DNA from: Patescibacteria group bacterium
Lineage (GTDB): Bacteria; Patescibacteriota; Minisyncoccia; Phycocordibacterales; Phycocordibacteraceae
Assembly: GCA_038064595.1 (NCBI GenBank)
Contig: JBBTSV010000005.1
Coordinates: 612-64,611 of the forward strand
Length of the DNA stretch: 64,000 bases
Direction: 5' to 3'
In this document: one piece after another, positions 39,079 through 49,653 of the stretch
Numbering within the stretch: the first letter of the stretch is position 1
How the letters are laid out: each line of letters opens with the position of its first letter
The notes under the pieces: generated by a model
The model's input: the letters and a program-made list of their open reading frames with translations, nothing else
Told to the model about the DNA's origin: nothing
Databases searched by the model: none
Made by a program: the position numbers and the translations under genes

Positions 39079-40561
39079 CAAAGGCTCGTACGACAGCGCA
39101 CCAAAAGAGTACGTGCGTACTGTGCTCACTGACGACGCCAAGGATCACCAGAAGTTTCTCAAAGAGAACGGCATCGAGACCCTCCTGCTTGGAACAGGCC
39201 TGCCTGCCGGCAAGGCAGGGAAAAGTGAGGAGATGAATCTCCGGCAGTTCCGGCTCCTCTGTCGCCGGATAGTCAACGTCGCCAAGAAGAATAAGATTAA
39301 GAAGATAGCGATCCAGTTTGACCGTACTCCATCCCTTTTTAAAAACTTACACGGCATCTCGCCGGAGAAAATTTCAGAAGTCGCTGCCGAGAGCTTTCTG
39401 ATGGCGGGCTACGAGCACATCAGTTTCAAGACCAAGCCCAAAGAAGGGTGGGGTGGGGTTGAGGAGCTGCGTGCCTACTCACATGTTGGACGTACGACGT
39501 CCAACATTGAGGCGGGGGTGAGGCGGGGGCAGGAGATCGGGCGAGCGGTGAACGCGTGCCGTGAGCTCGCCAACACCCCCGCCGGGCACATGACCCCGAG
39601 CGTGCTCGCCGCAGCAGCCAAGAAGGCGGTGAAGGGCCTGCCGGTTAAGGTAACCGTGCTCGGTGAAGCCCAGATGAAGAAGCTCGGCATGGGCGCGATC
39701 CTCGGCGTCGCCAAGGGGTCAAGCGAGAAGCCGACCTTTACGATCATGAGTTACAGCCCCTCGACGGGTTCGACAAGCTCACCACAAGCAAAAGCTCGGG
39801 GCAATAAGAACAACGGCAGACCGATTGTTCTTATCGGTAAAGGCGTTACCTTTGACAGTGGCGGGCTCAATTTGAAACCTTCGAGCAGTATCTACGAGAT
39901 GCATCTCGATATGTCGGGCGCGGCGGCGGTGATCCACGCAGTGGCGCTCGCCGCACGCCTGAAGGTGAAGCGCTCGGTCATCGGGATCTTCCCAGCGGTT
40001 GAGAACATGCCGGGTAATGAGGCGTATCGCCCGGGTGACGTCTTGACGTCACTCTCGGGTAAGACGATTGAGGTCCTCGACACCGATGCCGAGGGGCGAC
40101 TCATCCTTGCCGATGCGATCACGTATGCGAAGCGTTTTAAGCCCGCGGTGGTGGTCGACGTCGCGACCTTGACCGGCGCTGCTCTCGGAGCCTTGGGCCA
40201 ACACGCGAACGCCTTCCTCACTCGCGACGAGAAACTCGCGAAACAGGTGGAGGAGAGTGCCGAGCGCTCCGGCGACTACAGCTGGCGCCTGCCACTCTGG
40301 GATGAGTATGAAGAACGAGTGAGGGGCACCTTTGCCGACCTTAAGAATGTCCCGGGTGGCTCGACGAGCCGCTACGGTGGGGCGATCGACGGGGCGATGT
40401 TTCTCTGGCAATTTGCCAAAGAGCTCGAGTGCCCTTGGGCACACATAGATATGGCTCCACGGATGACGAGCGTGAAGGGTGACGAGCTTGCCGAGGGTGC
40501 CTGTGGCGAGCCGGTGCGCCTCCTCTTCGACCTGATCGAGAATTATGCCGTACACGATTAA
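39062..40561 (+). CDS. pepA: leucyl aminopeptidase (M17)
   Basis: GKGVTFDSGG, DMSG, DTDAEGRL, DVATLTGA. Confidence 0.95.
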   Translation: MKITLNKGSYDSAPKEYVRTVLTDDAKDHQKFLKENGIETLLLGTGLPAGKAGKSEEMNLRQFRLLCRRIVNVAKKNKIKKIAIQFDRTPSLFKNLHGISPEKISEVAAESFLMAGYEHISFKTKPKEGWGGVEELRAYSHVGRTTSNIEAGVRRGQEIGRAVNACRELANTPAGHMTPSVLAAAAKKAVKGLPVKVTVLGEAQMKKLGMGAILGVAKGSSEKPTFTIMSYSPSTGSTSSPQAKARGNKNNGRPIVLIGKGVTFDSGGLNLKPSSSIYEMHLDMSGAAAVIHAVALAARLKVKRSVIGIFPAVENMPGNEAYRPGDVLTSLSGKTIEVLDTDAEGRLILADAITYAKRFKPAVVVDVATLTGAALGALGQHANAFLTRDEKLAKQVEESAERSGDYSWRLPLWDEYEERVRGTFADLKNVPGGSTSRYGGAIDGAMFLWQFAKELECPWAHIDMAPRMTSVKGDELAEGACGEPVRLLFDLIENYAVHD

Positions 40562-41267
40562 AACGCCAGAATACGAGGGGCCCTTTGAGATCCTGCTTGA
40601 TCTTATCGAGGAGCGTAAGCTCTTGGTTAACGATCTAGCACTCTCGCAAATCACTGAAGACTTTATTCAACACGTGCGTGCACAGGCAGATTTTCCCATC
40701 GAGGAGACCGCCACCTTCATCCAGATCGCGGCGACCCTCATTTTAATTAAATCGAAGTCGCTCATTCCTGATCTTACTCTCTCTGAAGATGAAAATGCGG
40801 ATGTTGAAGACCTGAAGCGGCGCCTCGCCGCCTATGAGAAGGTGCGTGAGGCCTCGCGCGAGCTCGGGAGAGCGTGGGGTCACCATCCGCTCTTCACGAT
40901 CGGCGAGCGCGCGATCGAACCCTTCTTCTCTCCTGCGCGCGACCTCTCAGCCGGAGCGCTCGCTGAGGCGCTCGCGCGCGTCCTCGCGGCGCGTAAGGAG
41001 GTGGAGGAGCTGCCCGAAGCGAGAGTGAAGCCGCTGGTTACCATCGAGGAGATGATGGACGCGCTCGCCAAGCGTGTGCAGAGCGCCATGACGCTCTCCT
41101 TTAAAGAGTTTTCCGGAAGTAATAAAGAGAAGATCGAGGTGATCGTTTCTTTCCTCGCGCTCCTTGAGCTCGTGAAGCAGGGGGCGATAGAGGCCGAGCA
41201 ATTCGACCAACACGGCGATATCCGCCTCAAGCACACCGCTTCCGCCTCCGTGCCTCATTATGGCTAA
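40545..41267 (+). CDS. scpA: segregation/condensation protein A
   Basis: YEGPFEILLDLI, KSKSLIP, SFLALLEL. Confidence 0.93.
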   Translation: MPYTIKTPEYEGPFEILLDLIEERKLLVNDLALSQITEDFIQHVRAQADFPIEETATFIQIAATLILIKSKSLIPDLTLSEDENADVEDLKRRLAAYEKVREASRELGRAWGHHPLFTIGERAIEPFFSPARDLSAGALAEALARVLAARKEVEELPEARVKPLVTIEEMMDALAKRVQSAMTLSFKEFSGSNKEKIEVIVSFLALLELVKQGAIEAEQFDQHGDIRLKHTASASVPHYG

Positions 41268-41344
41268 CTAGCCAAGTCTGACTTAGCTAGTTCCCCCAAG
41301 CAAAACATTGCTCACGAGGGAGGGCGCGACTATACTAGAGGACA

Positions 41345-41950
41345 ATGCTCACGCCTCCTGCCGCTGTTCATGCCCTCCTCTTTGCCGCGAGTGGCCCCTT
41401 GACTAAAGAGCATCTCGGCGAGCTCTTGAATCTAGATCAAAAGGAGCTCGCGCTTGTGCTTAACGCTACCGCCGCGCTTCTGAAGGGGAGCGGTGAGACC
41501 TTGATCGAGACCGCCGATGAGGTGGAGCTCCGCACGAGCTTTGAGGCTGCGCCGATCGTGAAGAAGCTCCGCGAGAGCGAGCTCTCGCGCGATGTGGGGA
41601 AGGCGAGTATGGAAACCTTGGCGGTGATTGCATACTCAACCCCGACGTCGAAAGTCGGGGCTCCGACCGGAAGCGTCGGAGATGGCGCGACGCGCGGCGA
41701 GGTCGACTGGGTCCGCGGGGTAAACTCTTCTGCCTCACTCCGCACGCTTCTGATGCGCGGGCTCATCGAGGGGAGGGAAGACCCCACCGATAAACGCCGT
41801 ATCCGTTATACGCTCACCACCGAGGCGCTCGCACACCTCGGTATCACCAGCGTGAAGGATCTCCCGCGTGCTGAAGAGCTCCATGCGGGTGCCGCCGCGA
41901 TTATTGAACACGAAAAGGCTGATGCCGCCACCTTCCCTGACCCTGAATAA
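41345..41950 (+). CDS. scpB: segregation/condensation protein B
   Basis: ETLAVIAY..TRGEVDWVRGVNS..L.RGLI. Confidence 0.9.
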   Translation: MLTPPAAVHALLFAASGPLTKEHLGELLNLDQKELALVLNATAALLKGSGETLIETADEVELRTSFEAAPIVKKLRESELSRDVGKASMETLAVIAYSTPTSKVGAPTGSVGDGATRGEVDWVRGVNSSASLRTLLMRGLIEGREDPTDKRRIRYTLTTEALAHLGITSVKDLPRAEELHAGAAAIIEHEKADAATFPDPE

Positions 41951-41951
41951 T

Positions 41952-42890
41952 ATGGACTCTCAACAGCTGCACCAGCTCGCCAAGCAGAAGCGCTCAAACC
42001 GTGAGGTCGGGATCACGCTCCTCATTTCATCGGCGATCCTCGCCCTTTTTCTTTTTGTCCCTCTCGACGCGCCCGCGCCGCCGACACCGATTGCAGCACC
42101 TCCAACGACTACGGCGTTTGATCGGGTACCGATCGAGGCGACGGCCGCTATCGTCTATGATCTTGCTACGGGCGAAACGCTCTTTGCTAAAAACGCTGAT
42201 GCGCAGCTCCCCTTGGCCTCACTCACCAAGCTCCTTACCGTCTACACAGCACTCCAGTATCTCGCGCTTGATACCCCGATCACCATCCCTAGAGAGGCGA
42301 CTACGCTTGAAGCGCCGCGGGCTTTTGCCGCAGGCCAAGTGTTTAGTCTCTCTGACGTTGCTCGACTAACCCTCACAGCATCGCTCAACGACGGCGCTGC
42401 GGCGATTCTTGCTGCCGCTGCTGCACAGATGGACCGCACACCAGAAGAGGCGCTCGCAGGTGCCGCTGCGGCACTCAACCTCTCGCAGACCTATGCAGTG
42501 AACGGGAGCGGGCTTGATGTCACGGGTATGATCTCTGGTGGCTATGGCTCGGCACGCGACCTCGCACTCCTCTCCGGCGCGCTTGTGGAGCGCGCACCCA
42601 CCGTTGCAGCGGCGACAACGCTCCCAGAGGCAAGTGCGACTTCAAAGGGCGGGACCTCCTTCACGGTACTCAACACCGACCCGATCGTCGAGACCATTCC
42701 CCATATCCTTCTCTCCAAAACAGGGTACACGAATCTCGCTGACGGCAACCTCGCCCTTGTTTTTGACGTGGGGATCGACCATCCTATCGCGGTGGTCGTG
42801 CTCGGCTCGAGTAAAACGGCACGCTTTACCGACGGGGCCGCGCTCGTTGCCGCCACGCTCGCTCACTTTGCCGGAGTGTCTTCTCTATGA
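41952..42890 (+). CDS. D-alanyl-D-alanine carboxypeptidase (S11)
   Basis: ASLTK (SxxK), SLN, KTG motifs; N-terminal TM. Confidence 0.88.
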   Translation: MDSQQLHQLAKQKRSNREVGITLLISSAILALFLFVPLDAPAPPTPIAAPPTTTAFDRVPIEATAAIVYDLATGETLFAKNADAQLPLASLTKLLTVYTALQYLALDTPITIPREATTLEAPRAFAAGQVFSLSDVARLTLTASLNDGAAAILAAAAAQMDRTPEEALAGAAAALNLSQTYAVNGSGLDVTGMISGGYGSARDLALLSGALVERAPTVAAATTLPEASATSKGGTSFTVLNTDPIVETIPHILLSKTGYTNLADGNLALVFDVGIDHPIAVVVLGSSKTARFTDGAALVAATLAHFAGVSSL

Positions 42891-43951
42891 TCACGAGCAG
42901 TATCGTTGATGTGTTTATCCCAGCCGCTGCGGCCTTCGTCTACGGCATCGTGAGCGCCCCTCTCCTCACGCATTACCTTTTTAAATATCGGGTGTGGAAG
43001 AAGGTGGTCGCCAAGACGGCACTCGACGGTACCCCCGCAGTCGAGTTTGAGCAGCTGCGTGGTGAAGCCGAGACCAGTACGCCCCGCATGGGCGGGGTGC
43101 TCATCTGGGCGAGTGTCGCCGTGGTCACACTCGGCATCTGGGGGCTCGCGCGAGCGATGCCGACGCCGTTTCTCACGCAGCTTGACTTCTTGAGCCGTTC
43201 GCAGACCTGGATCCCGCTCTTTACCCTAGTCGCGGGTGGCGTGATGGGCTTTGTGAACGATCTCTTTGACATCCGCCCAGCGGGGGAGCGGGGCGTACCG
43301 CTGCGCTGGCGCCTCCTCTTTGTCACGATTGTTTCGCTCGGGATCGGCACATGGTTTTTTGTAAAGTTGGGGGTGGCCACGGTCGCGCTCCCGGGCCTCG
43401 ATGCGCTCACGCTCGGCGTGTGGATCGTCCCGCTCTTTGTCATCACATCGCTCTGGCTCTATGCGGGCGGCGTGATCGACGGGATCGATGGCCTCTCTGG
43501 AGGCGTCTTCGGCGGTATCTACATGGCCTATGCAGGCATTGCATACTTTCAAAACCAAATCGATCTTGCAGCCTTTTGTGCGACCGTTGCTGGCGCTATT
43601 CTCGCCTTTCTCTGGTTTAACATCCCGCCCGCGCGTTTCTGGATGACCGAGACCGGCACGATGGGGCTCACCATGACTCTCGCTGTGGTCGCCTTTATGA
43701 CCGACACCCCCGGCGGCGGCCACGGGATCATCGCACTTCCCGTGATTGCGTTCCCCCTCGTGATCACGGTCGCCTCCAACATTATCCAGGTGACGTCAAA
43801 GCGACTGCGGGGCAAAAAGGTGTTTCGCATCGCCCCGCTTCACCACCACTTTGAAGCGATCGGCTGGCCCTCCTACAAGGTGACGATGCGTTACTGGATT
43901 ATCTCGGTCATGTGCGCGATTATCGGTATGACGCTCGCACTCTTGAAGTAG
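42887..43951 (+). CDS. mraY: phospho-N-acetylmuramoyl-pentapeptide transferase
   Basis: TPRMGG, DGIDGL, APLHHHFE. Confidence 0.95.
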   Translation: MITSSIVDVFIPAAAAFVYGIVSAPLLTHYLFKYRVWKKVVAKTALDGTPAVEFEQLRGEAETSTPRMGGVLIWASVAVVTLGIWGLARAMPTPFLTQLDFLSRSQTWIPLFTLVAGGVMGFVNDLFDIRPAGERGVPLRWRLLFVTIVSLGIGTWFFVKLGVATVALPGLDALTLGVWIVPLFVITSLWLYAGGVIDGIDGLSGGVFGGIYMAYAGIAYFQNQIDLAAFCATVAGAILAFLWFNIPPARFWMTETGTMGLTMTLAVVAFMTDTPGGGHGIIALPVIAFPLVITVASNIIQVTSKRLRGKKVFRIAPLHHHFEAIGWPSYKVTMRYWIISVMCAIIGMTLALLK

Positions 43952-43952
43952 T

Positions 43953-45056
43953 ATGAAGCTCGTATCGGGTGACAAAGTGTTTGTGCTCCTTGTGCTTATC
44001 ACGGTGCTCGCCGGGCTGGGGATCTTCTCATCAGCGACACTCGGGCTCCTCGCGCGAGAAAATGCCTCGGTCGCCCAAGACATTTTATTTCAGGCGGGGG
44101 TAGGGTTTGGTCTCGGTGCGATTGCGTTTCTAAGCGCTCGCGCTATCCCTCTCACATTCATTCGTCGGTACGCCCTCCTTCTTTTTGTACTCTCTCTGTG
44201 TGCGACCGCACTCGTTTTTGTTCCCGGACTCGGGTTCAATGCAGGAGGAGCAACTCGTTGGATTGACATCGGCTTCACGACCGTTCAACCGGCCGAGTTT
44301 CTCAAGATCGGTTTCGTGATCATGCTCGCTGCGCTTTTGTCGTCACGCGCTCATCATCTCAAAACGATCCGTCTAGGCCTCCTGCCGTTTGGTCTCGTGC
44401 TCGCCGTGCCTGCGGCGATCCTTCTTGCGCAACCCAATACCTCGACCACCCTCCTCCTCTTGGCAACCGGCTCGGCGATGTACTTTGCCGCGGGCGCTCC
44501 GCTGCGTGACTTTGGCATACTCTTTGTCTGTGCGGTGGTGGCTCTCGGCCTCGTGGTTGCGTCACGGCCCTATGTCCTTGACCGCATCACCACCTTTATT
44601 CATCCGACGCGAGACTCATTCGGCAGCGGCTATCAGATCCAGCAGTCGCTTATTGCGGTCGGCTCGGGCGGATTGTTTGGTCGCGGTTTTGGTCAGAGTG
44701 TCGAGAAGTTTAACTATCTCCCCGAGCCTGATGGCGACTCCATCTTCGCCGTCTTTGCTGAAGAGACGGGTTTTGTGGGAGCCGTATTGCTGGTGCTCCT
44801 CTTTCTTGGTCTCGTGGCGCGCGGGATCGTGATCGCTGGCAAGGCGCGGGATATGTTTAGCGGATTGTTGGCGCTGGGGTTCTCCTTTCTCATAGGAATC
44901 CAAGTATTTATGAATATCGGAGCGATGTTGGGGATGATCCCTCTCACGGGCCTGCCGCTCCCGTTTATCTCGCACGGTGGGACCGCGCTTGTGGCAATGC
45001 TTGTTATGTGTGGTCTTATCCTGAACGTTGCTGCCCACCGTACCGAGACAACGTAG
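43953..45056 (+). CDS. ftsW: SEDS-family peptidoglycan glycosyltransferase
   Basis: GATRWI, QPAEFLK, YLPE..DSIF, PLTGLPLPFISHGG; between mraY and murG. Confidence 0.88.
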   Translation: MKLVSGDKVFVLLVLITVLAGLGIFSSATLGLLARENASVAQDILFQAGVGFGLGAIAFLSARAIPLTFIRRYALLLFVLSLCATALVFVPGLGFNAGGATRWIDIGFTTVQPAEFLKIGFVIMLAALLSSRAHHLKTIRLGLLPFGLVLAVPAAILLAQPNTSTTLLLLATGSAMYFAAGAPLRDFGILFVCAVVALGLVVASRPYVLDRITTFIHPTRDSFGSGYQIQQSLIAVGSGGLFGRGFGQSVEKFNYLPEPDGDSIFAVFAEETGFVGAVLLVLLFLGLVARGIVIAGKARDMFSGLLALGFSFLIGIQVFMNIGAMLGMIPLTGLPLPFISHGGTALVAMLVMCGLILNVAAHRTETT

Positions 45057-45082
45057 CCCCCTATACGCTATACTTCTGACCA

Positions 45083-46222
45083 ATGACCATCGTGTTTACG
45101 GGAGGAGGGACAGGAGGGCATTTTTACCCCATTATTGCTATTTCAGAGGCGATACAGGATCTCGTGCGAGAGAAACATTTGATCGCTCCCAAGCTCTATT
45201 TTCTCGCACCCGCACCCTTTGACCAGAACGCCCTCTTTGAAAACGGGATCGGCTATATCCATACGCCAGCAGGGAAGATGCGCCGCTACTTCTCGCTCCG
45301 CAATATTACCGACTTCTTTGTCACGCTAGCGGGGACATTTTCGGCGCTCGTGACTCTGTACCGACTCTACCCGGATGTGGTGGTGAGCAAGGGGGGCTAC
45401 GCGAGCGTGCCTGCGGTCTTTGCTGCATGGCTCCTGCGGATCCCGGTAATCATCCACGAATCAGATGCGAAGCCGGGACGCGCCAACCTCTTCGCCGCGA
45501 AGTTCGCAAAGAAAATTGCGATCTCATTTGACTCTGCGGCAGCTTTCTTCCCTAAGAAGGTACAGAACAGGATTGCTCTCACGGGGATCCCAATCAGGAA
45601 AGCGCTCATGCGTGTTGAAACAGAAGGTGCAAACCAGTACCTCACCCTCGAGCCCGAGGTGCCCACCGTTTTCATCCTCGGTGGATCGCAGGGCGCGCAG
45701 CGGATTAATGAAGTCGTGCTTTCAGCGCTCCCCGATCTCGTGCGCATCTCCAATGTCATCCATCAAACGGGCCGTGCCAACTTTAAAAACGTGCAGGGAA
45801 TCTCTCAAGTTATTCTCGCCAAAGAGGTTCATGCGAATCGGTATCATCCGGTCGACTACCTTTCCGAGATCTCGATGCAACGCGCGGCTGGCGTCGCATC
45901 GATTATCGTCTCGCGTGCGGGCGCGAACGCGCTCGCCGAGATTGGACTCTGGAAGCGCCCCGCAATCATCATCCCTATCCCCGAGTCGGTGAGCCATGAC
46001 CAGCACAGTAATGCCTACAGCTACGCACGCACCGGCGCAGGTGTGGTGCTTGAAGAGGCCAATCTCACCCCGCACGTCCTCGTCTCCGAGATCCAGCGCA
46101 TCACGAGCGATAAGGCACTCTCGGCGAAGATGGCAGCTGCGGCTGAAGGTTTTACCAATCCAGACGCGGCAAAGATTCTTGCGGAGCAGGTGCTCGCACT
46201 CGCACTTTCGCACGAACTATGA
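45083..46222 (+). CDS. murG: lipid II N-acetylglucosaminyl transferase
   Basis: GGGTGGH, KGGY, GGSQGA, SRAG. Confidence 0.96.
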   Translation: MTIVFTGGGTGGHFYPIIAISEAIQDLVREKHLIAPKLYFLAPAPFDQNALFENGIGYIHTPAGKMRRYFSLRNITDFFVTLAGTFSALVTLYRLYPDVVVSKGGYASVPAVFAAWLLRIPVIIHESDAKPGRANLFAAKFAKKIAISFDSAAAFFPKKVQNRIALTGIPIRKALMRVETEGANQYLTLEPEVPTVFILGGSQGAQRINEVVLSALPDLVRISNVIHQTGRANFKNVQGISQVILAKEVHANRYHPVDYLSEISMQRAAGVASIIVSRAGANALAEIGLWKRPAIIIPIPESVSHDQHSNAYSYARTGAGVVLEEANLTPHVLVSEIQRITSDKALSAKMAAAAEGFTNPDAAKILAEQVLALALSHEL

Positions 46223-47550
46223 GCAGCGTCGTTACTCGTTTTGCCCCGTCTCCTACCGGCCTCAAGCATGCCGGTAATTACCGCACCGCAGTTTTTTGTT
46301 ATCTCTTTGCAAAGAAACATAACGGCTCATTCTTGATCCGTATAGAAGACACCGATGCAGCACGCGAAAAGGAGGGGGCAGAGCAAATCATCTTTGACAC
46401 TCTCGCGTGGCTTGGACTCACGTATACCGAGCCCGCCACGCGCTCGAGCGACCGTATTGAGAGACATAAAGAACTGCTACAGAAATTAGTTTCTGAAGAT
46501 AAGGCTTACCTATCCCACGAGCCAAAAAAAGACGACCCGACGCAAACGGTTGACGTGGTGCGTCTCCGCAATCCAAAAACAAACATTACCTTTCACGACG
46601 AGGTACGGGGTGACATTACCTTTGATACTACCGAACACGGCGATTTTGTTATCGCGCGCGCCATCGATGACCCTCTCTATCACTTTGCCGTCGTTGTGGA
46701 CGACGGTGATGCGGGCATCACTCACATCATTCGCGGTGAAGACCATATTTCCAACACGCCACGACATATCCTCATCCAGCGAGCGCTTGGCTTTAGTCAA
46801 CCAAGCTATACCCATTTGCCACTTCTTCTTGGCACTGACCGTTCAAAACTCTCAACACGCAATGGCGCCAAACCGCTTATTGAATACCGCGATACGGGGG
46901 TCCTGTCCGAAGCGATGCTCAACTACCTCGCCCTTTTAGGGTGGAACCCGGGAGATGAACGAGAATACCTATCCAAACAAGAATTAATCGACTCTTTCGA
47001 TCTCTCTCGGGTGCAAAGAGGCGGTGCGGTCTTCGACGAGGTGAAGCTCTTCTCGGTCAACCACCACTGGATGCGCAAGCTCTCAGTCGACGACTACCTC
47101 TCGCACCTCAATATGAAAGACCTCGGAGGTCTTTCATTACAGAAGGTGGTGCCGCTTCTGCAGGAGCGGGCCAAAACCTTTGGCGAAGCACGAGAGATGC
47201 TCACGGGCGAGCTCTCCTGCTTCTTCGAGGAACCGACCCTCGAGCGGGAAAAGCTCCTTATGAAGGAGCTTCCGGAGCGGCCTGGCGTGGCCAAAACGGC
47301 TCTGGAGGGCCTCTTTGGGCTCATTTCTGGCCTCCCTGAAGGCCTTTCTCCGGAGTCGGTAAAAGAGGCCATTATGCCCGTGGCCGACGAGCAGGAGGCA
47401 GTAGGGAAGGGAGGTCGCGGAGCCGTTCTCTGGCCACTCCGCTACGCTCTCTCGGGTAAGGAGCGCTCGCCCGACCCCTTCACCCTCATCTCAATATTAG
47501 GTGTTCCCGTCGCTACTGCGCGGATACAGAGCGCTATTGCTATACTGTAA
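46219..47550 (+). CDS. gltX: glutamate--tRNA ligase
   Basis: RFAPSPTG, RIEDTD, IRGEDH. Confidence 0.95.
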   Translation: MSSVVTRFAPSPTGLKHAGNYRTAVFCYLFAKKHNGSFLIRIEDTDAAREKEGAEQIIFDTLAWLGLTYTEPATRSSDRIERHKELLQKLVSEDKAYLSHEPKKDDPTQTVDVVRLRNPKTNITFHDEVRGDITFDTTEHGDFVIARAIDDPLYHFAVVVDDGDAGITHIIRGEDHISNTPRHILIQRALGFSQPSYTHLPLLLGTDRSKLSTRNGAKPLIEYRDTGVLSEAMLNYLALLGWNPGDEREYLSKQELIDSFDLSRVQRGGAVFDEVKLFSVNHHWMRKLSVDDYLSHLNMKDLGGLSLQKVVPLLQERAKTFGEAREMLTGELSCFFEEPTLEREKLLMKELPERPGVAKTALEGLFGLISGLPEGLSPESVKEAIMPVADEQEAVGKGGRGAVLWPLRYALSGKERSPDPFTLISILGVPVATARIQSAIAIL

Positions 47551-47552
47551 GG

Positions 47553-48791
47553 ATGAACCGATGGTTATCGACGATCCTTTTTATCCTCATATCACTATTG
47601 TGGTGGAGCGCACCAGGCAGTGCTCTTGCGGTCGAATCTTCACTCCAGTCTCTCATTGATGCAAACAACGCACAGCTTCTTTCACTCCAAAATAAAATTG
47701 CCGAATATCAGAAACAGCTTGATGCTCTTGGAACTGAAAAAACGACTCTGAAAGCGGCCATCGATTCACTCACGATTACCCAACAAAAACTGACGACTCA
47801 GATCCAAGCCACTCAAAATAAGATACAGTCAGCAAATCTCCAGATTCAAAAACTCTCGGAGTCAATCGGGAACACTGAGGAAACGATTGGCGAAAACCAG
47901 TATGCGATAGCTAAAACGCTTCGAGAGATCGCACAGGCACAGACTGAATCATCATCACTTATCACTCACGTGCTTGCCACACACTCTTTTACCGATGCGT
48001 GGAAGATTACCGATGAGGCGATTCAGTTTAATACAGCGCTCGCTTCTGACATCGAGAAACTACGCGCCACAAAGCAACAGCTCTCGACAAACCGTTCGGC
48101 AGTGACAAAGACCAAAGAATCACTGGTCTCCCTGCAGCAAGATCTCTCGACCCAGAAACGTCAGGTACTTGCGAGTAAAACCGCCCAGCAAGAGCTCCTG
48201 ACTCAAACAAAAAATCAGGAGTCGAATTATCAAAAACTTCTTTCTCTTGCCAAATCAGAACTCGCAAGCTATTCGACCTTCACCACCAACGCTGGCGGCT
48301 CTAAGCTCTTGGCCAATCAGACTTCCTGTGACGACTGGGGTTGCTACTACAGTCAGCGTGACACACTTTGGGGAAACATGCCGCTCAATGGCACGCGCTT
48401 TCGACTCGCAAGCGATGGGTGTCTCGTCACGGCAATGGCGATGATAATGACTCACTATGGACATCGCGACGTAACGCCCGTAACCATTAATGTTGATTCA
48501 AATAATTTTGCCTCCTATTATCCGGCGTATCTCCTTTTCACGATCCGCGTCGATGGTGTGACCGCTACCCGCAAAGCAGCCACAATCGATGCGTCGCTTA
48601 ATAAAGGCGAGCCAGTGGTAGTCGGTGTGCATGCCTATGGCGGCACGCACTACGTGGTGCTCACCAGTGGGAGCCGCGGCAATTACCTCATGCGCGATCC
48701 CTATGTGGCGAATGGGAAAGATATCAGCTTCTCGAAACACTACTCGGTGAGCAATATCTTTGGTGTCTCCCGCGTGATTATCAGCGGCTAG
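47553..48791 (+). CDS. secreted coiled-coil protein with C-terminal C39-like peptidase domain
   Basis: Signal peptide, long coiled coil, YSQRD..W..GCLVTAMAM..HYVV..DP. Confidence 0.78.
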   Translation: MNRWLSTILFILISLLWWSAPGSALAVESSLQSLIDANNAQLLSLQNKIAEYQKQLDALGTEKTTLKAAIDSLTITQQKLTTQIQATQNKIQSANLQIQKLSESIGNTEETIGENQYAIAKTLREIAQAQTESSSLITHVLATHSFTDAWKITDEAIQFNTALASDIEKLRATKQQLSTNRSAVTKTKESLVSLQQDLSTQKRQVLASKTAQQELLTQTKNQESNYQKLLSLAKSELASYSTFTTNAGGSKLLANQTSCDDWGCYYSQRDTLWGNMPLNGTRFRLASDGCLVTAMAMIMTHYGHRDVTPVTINVDSNNFASYYPAYLLFTIRVDGVTATRKAATIDASLNKGEPVVVGVHAYGGTHYVVLTSGSRGNYLMRDPYVANGKDISFSKHYSVSNIFGVSRVIISG

Positions 48792-49407
48792 TTCCGTCGC
48801 GCAGGCGCCAGAGGAGTAGGGAAGCGAAGGTACGAAAAGGCGCCCATTTCTCTGCTAGAGCAAGGGCTTTTTTATGTGACGTGTCTTTAGGCAGATCATA
48901 GAGCGTTTCCATAGCCCGAATGAGACCGAGGTCACCGACTGAAAAGACGTCCTCGCGCCCTAGGGCAAAAATAAGAAACATCTCGGTTGACCAAGGTCCT
49001 AAACCCCATATTTCCTGGAGTTTTTGACCCGCCTCTGCCTCGGGGAGCTTGCGTAGAGTAAGGAGGTCAAGGGAGCCATCTCGGCAAGCCGAGGCTATGG
49101 CCTTGAGCGTCTTCATCTTCGACCCTGACAGGCCAGCGGCGCGGAGTTTAAGATCGCTTGTCTTGAGGACAGACGTGGGGGTGAGCCGTTGTCCACAGGC
49201 AGCTTTAACCCTCTTATATATAGAATCAGCAGCTTTGGTCGCCAGTTGTTGAGAAACGACGATACCGCATAGCTCCTCAAAAAGCTTCGGACGGGAGGTT
49301 TTGCACGGTAATTCAGGAGGAATTGACTTATGGTATGCCAGTGTTGCGGTATAGAAGTGCGGGTCAACGCGCTTGAAGTGTTGCAGGGCAACAGTGCGCC
49401 GAGTCAT
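48781..49407 (-). CDS. AlkA-like DNA-3-methyladenine glycosylase (HhH-GPD)
   Basis: IVSQQL, GLGPWSTEMFLIF, DVFSVGDLG, WAPFRT. Confidence 0.92.
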   Translation of the reverse strand: MTRRTVALQHFKRVDPHFYTATLAYHKSIPPELPCKTSRPKLFEELCGIVVSQQLATKAADSIYKRVKAACGQRLTPTSVLKTSDLKLRAAGLSGSKMKTLKAIASACRDGSLDLLTLRKLPEAEAGQKLQEIWGLGPWSTEMFLIFALGREDVFSVGDLGLIRAMETLYDLPKDTSHKKALALAEKWAPFRTFASLLLWRLRDGTSR

Positions 49408-49455
49408 GCCAAGATCATACCACCGGTAGCGGGCCGTGATATACTGGAGGGCATC

Positions 49456-49653
49456 ATGATCCGGACCATCTTTTGGGTCTTTGTGTTCGTTCTCGCACTT
49501 TCATTTTTTGGTATCTCGATCCGCGCCATTGTAATGTCTCCTGCTGGTCAAGACAATTTTGTCTACCTCTTTCATCTCCTCATTCAAGCTTGGCAATGGA
49601 TAGTCGGCATTGTCGCTTCGATCTTCTACACGCTGACACACCTCTGGGCCTAG
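49456..49653 (+). CDS. small membrane protein
   Basis: 65 aa, two hydrophobic segments. Confidence 0.65.
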   Translation: MIRTIFWVFVFVLALSFFGISIRAIVMSPAGQDNFVYLFHLLIQAWQWIVGIVASIFYTLTHLWA

